Positions 61,211 to 64,000 of a stretch of DNA of 64,000 nucleotides are shown here, piece by piece (the first letter of the stretch is position 1; every line of letters begins with the position of its first letter). The notes under the pieces are model-generated. The model worked only from the letters and a program-made list of their open reading frames with translations, did not search any database and had not been told where the DNA came from. The stretch covers positions 326,542-390,541 of the forward strand of contig CAZCNL010000001.1 in assembly GCA_964500435.1 (NCBI GenBank). The letters are read 5' to 3'. Both the position numbers and the translations under genes were made by a program. Source of the stretch: an uncultured Chloroherpeton sp. (lineage in GTDB: Bacteria > Bacteroidota > Ignavibacteria > Kapaibacteriales > UBA2268).

Positions 61211-61840
61211 TTAACTTTTTAAAAAGTTTTTTAAATTTTCTTCATAATTAGATTTTCCTGTCACAATTTTTTCAATATATTTTCCGATTATATCAAATTC
61301 CAAATTTACTTCTGTTCCTTGTTTATAATTGTGAAAAAGTGTACTTTCGTATGTGTGTGGGATAATAGAAACAGTAAAACGTGTCGAGTCAAATTCTGAA
61401 ATTGTTAAACTTACACCATCGATTGCAATTGAACCAACTCGAACAATTAAATTATAAAACTGTTGAGGATAACTAATTTTGAATAGTATGCCTAAGCTTT
61501 CTTTTTTGATCTCGAGTATTTTTCCGATTGTATCAATATGCCCTAAAACAATATGACCACCTAATCTTGTGGATAGCGTTAATGCTCTTTCGATGTTTAC
61601 CTTATCATTTGTTTTTAATTTGCTTAAAGTTGTTTTCCTTAATGTTTCATCCACTGCTTCTGCGACAAATGAATTGCTTTTTACTTCAATTGCAGTCAAA
61701 CACACGCCATTTATTGAAACTGAATCGTCGATTTTGAGATCTTGCAATATTTTTTTAACAGAGATTTCTATTCTTGAAGAATTTCCTTTTCTCTTTATTG
61801 AATTTATTGTACCAATTTCTTCAATTATACCTGTAAACAT
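61211..61840 (-). CDS. ribE: riboflavin synthase alpha subunit
   Basis: MFTGIIEEIGTI N-terminus; internally duplicated lumazine-binding halves. Confidence 0.85.
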   Translation of the reverse strand: MFTGIIEEIGTINSIKRKGNSSRIEISVKKILQDLKIDDSVSINGVCLTAIEVKSNSFVAEAVDETLRKTTLSKLKTNDKVNIERALTLSTRLGGHIVLGHIDTIGKILEIKKESLGILFKISYPQQFYNLIVRVGSIAIDGVSLTISEFDSTRFTVSIIPHTYESTLFHNYKQGTEVNLEFDIIGKYIEKIVTGKSNYEENLKNFLKS

Positions 61841-61845
61841 TGCAT

Positions 61846-63972
61846 TTAGCCTCCGTAAATTAATTCAATTTGTCTTTTTTCGAAATCAACCTTAGATACT
61901 CGAACTTGAATTTTAGAACCAAATTCAAATATTTTCTTAGTTCTTTTCCCAATTAATCGATAAGTTTTTTCATCGAAAAAATAATAATCATCCATTAGAT
62001 CTCTTATTTTTACTAAGCCTTCGGAATGTAATTCATCAAGTTTGACATAAATACCCCAAGTTGTAACACCTGTTACTATTCCATTAAACACATCGCCGAC
62101 TTTGTCTTGCGTAATGAAAAGTAATGCAACTTTGTTCGAAGCTCTTTCTGCTTCCATTGCTTTTATTTCTCGAATTGTCGAATTCTTTGCGGTGTCTTTA
62201 ACTAACAATTTTAATAGTTTTAAACGAGCATTCGTTAGTTTTGTAGTACTATATTCCTTCAATAATCTATGAACTAATAAATCAGGATAACGCCTTATTG
62301 GAGATGTAAAATGAGTATAATCTTTAAATCCCAATCCGTAATGTCCAATATTTTTTTCAGAATACTCTGCTTTCGCCATTGAGCGAATTAAAAGTTGGTT
62401 CACTGTATGTTCACCAATTTTGCCTTTGACATCATCCAAATATTGATTAAGTTGGCTCGAAGAAACATTTCTTGTGCTTACATTTGCCCCAATTATACTT
62501 TTAATTAACAATAAAACTTCTTTTAATTTATCAGGATCAGGTAAATCATGAACTCGATAAATGAATGGTAATACTTCTTTGGTTTGATGTTGTTTCGATA
62601 AAACTAAGATATGCTCCGCAACTATTTTATTTGCAAGCAACATAAATTCTTCGACCAATTGAGTGGCGGGAGTTGATGTTTTAGCAATTACCTCGATTGG
62701 AAATTTATTTTCATCTAATTTAAATTTATACTCAACTGTATTAAAGTTTATGCCACCTAATTTGTACCGTTTTTCTCTTAAAACAAGTGATAATTGAAAC
62801 AAATCTAATATTTGTTCTTTATAATCACCTGTTTTATTATCAATTATATCTTGAACTTCCTGATAATTATATCTTCTTTTGTTTATTATTATACTTTCAA
62901 CGATTTCATAATTAACAACTTCTGCTTTTGGCGTTAGTTCAGCTACAACGCTCATTGTATATCTTGGTTTACCAGGTTGCAAGGAGCAAATTTCGTTTGA
63001 CAACTTTTCTGGTAACATCGGTATAACTCTATCAACTAAATATACACTTGTCCCACGAAAACGAGCTTCAATGTCTAAATTTGTATTTTCTTTGACATAA
63101 TGTGAAACATCCGCAATATGTATTCCAACTTGATAGTTCCCATTATTTAATTTTTTAATCGAAAGAGCGTCGTCAAAATCTTTTGCATCTTCGGGATCTA
63201 TTGTAATAACAATTTCGTTGCGGAAGTCTCTTCTCGTAGCATATTTTCGATTTTGTGGCGGTCTGACTTTTTCAATTTCTTTTAACACTTCCTCGGGAAA
63301 ATCTGTAACAAGTTCAAAATCTTTAATAATGGAATTAAATTCAGCTTCTGGGTTTCCTGTTTTACCAAGAACATCAATTACTTCAGCAACGGGACTTTTA
63401 TTGGGATTATCCCAATGGATAATTTTTGCAGATACTTTATCACCAATCTTCGCAGTTTTTAAAAATTTGCGTGGTATCAAAAAATCAACGTAATATTTTG
63501 GGTCGTCTGGTACTAAAAAATAAAAGTCACCATCAAACTCGACAGTCCCGAGAAAAGTAGTTTTTGAACGATTTATTATCTCAATTACTTCTCCACGTAA
63601 TTTTTTCTTTTCCCGCTGTGCCAAAAGCCTTACTAAAACTTCGTCTCCATCAAGTGCAGTATTAAAATTACGTCTTCTAATTATTATTTTCTTTGCACTC
63701 TTATCTTTAGTAATTACAACACCGACATCGCCAGTAATTTCAATTATTCCTTGAAATTTAGTTGTGGGAATTTCTTTTAAAGAATATTTTCTTTTGGCGC
63801 TTTTCACTAATATTTTATTCGCAACTAATTCATCGAGGACTTGTCTTAAGAGTCCATATTGTTCTTCATTCGAATTAATTTTTAGTTGCTTAGTTAATTC
63901 GTTTAATTGAATCGAAGAATTTTGGTTTCGAAATACTTGTAAAATTTTTTCGGTAAGTTCTTTTTTATCCAT
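61846..63972 (-). CDS. rnr: ribonuclease R (RNase II/R family 3'-5' exoribonuclease)
   Basis: Cold-shock-like N-terminus; RNB catalytic domain; C-terminal S1 domain. Confidence 0.9.
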   Translation of the reverse strand: MDKKELTEKILQVFRNQNSSIQLNELTKQLKINSNEEQYGLLRQVLDELVANKILVKSAKRKYSLKEIPTTKFQGIIEITGDVGVVITKDKSAKKIIIRRRNFNTALDGDEVLVRLLAQREKKKLRGEVIEIINRSKTTFLGTVEFDGDFYFLVPDDPKYYVDFLIPRKFLKTAKIGDKVSAKIIHWDNPNKSPVAEVIDVLGKTGNPEAEFNSIIKDFELVTDFPEEVLKEIEKVRPPQNRKYATRRDFRNEIVITIDPEDAKDFDDALSIKKLNNGNYQVGIHIADVSHYVKENTNLDIEARFRGTSVYLVDRVIPMLPEKLSNEICSLQPGKPRYTMSVVAELTPKAEVVNYEIVESIIINKRRYNYQEVQDIIDNKTGDYKEQILDLFQLSLVLREKRYKLGGINFNTVEYKFKLDENKFPIEVIAKTSTPATQLVEEFMLLANKIVAEHILVLSKQHQTKEVLPFIYRVHDLPDPDKLKEVLLLIKSIIGANVSTRNVSSSQLNQYLDDVKGKIGEHTVNQLLIRSMAKAEYSEKNIGHYGLGFKDYTHFTSPIRRYPDLLVHRLLKEYSTTKLTNARLKLLKLLVKDTAKNSTIREIKAMEAERASNKVALLFITQDKVGDVFNGIVTGVTTWGIYVKLDELHSEGLVKIRDLMDDYYFFDEKTYRLIGKRTKKIFEFGSKIQVRVSKVDFEKRQIELIYGG

Positions 63973-64000
63973 CTTTTAAAATATAGTTACAGTATTAGAT

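Noticed and set aside
1-64000. CRISPR arrays, IS elements, integrases, reverse transcriptases and prophage genes
   Set aside because: Both strands were scanned. No regular repeat-spacer periodicity, no transposase or integrase-like ORF, and no RT motifs (YxDD) in any ORF of 60 aa or more.

Overview
This is a 64-kb, AT-rich (about one-third GC by eye), gene-dense chromosomal segment. Nearly all genes are on the minus strand. It carries no transposase, integrase, CRISPR array, reverse transcriptase or rRNA. Most content is housekeeping. I annotate an OFOR delta/alpha fragment, manC plus an archaeal-type PGI/PMI, mscL, cdsA, thiamine pyrophosphokinase, BamA, Mrp/ApbC, NifU-like, UDP-xylose synthase, cdaA, phoH, def, secG, ribD, rpsA, tldD/pmbA/yjbQ, rlpA, recQ, BI-1, polyprenyl synthase, tsaD, fRMsr, ribE and RNase R. 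There are two tRNAs, His-GTG on the plus strand and Leu-TAA on the minus strand, and several intrinsic terminators. The taxonomic signal points to the FCB group (Bacteroidota/Ignavibacteriota-like). The evidence is low GC, lipoprotein signals, and at least four cargo proteins with T9SS-type C-terminal sorting domains. Two of these are giant subtilisin (S8) proteases, one of 942 aa and one of 1426 aa with FG-GAP-like repeats. The window also shows four-subunit-type 2-oxoacid:ferredoxin oxidoreductase pieces and DUF4397-like repeats. I found no self-evident new defence or mobile system. Six loci deserve a second look. The strongest is a flippase / ECF-sigma / six-repeat DUF4397-like lipoprotein / def operon with no anti-sigma gene. 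A triple-PAS Cys-rich sensor has no recognisable output domain. A T9SS LamG cargo gene is split by a single-base frameshift in an A6 homopolymer. An orphan S24 (UmuD/LexA-CTD-like) peptidase sits next to a single-POTRA Omp85 protein. A coiled-coil lipoprotein is translationally coupled to a coiled-coil LysM protein. An AsnA-like class-II aaRS paralogue lies beside tRNA-Leu. All functional calls are motif-level readings of the translated ORFs. No database search was possible.
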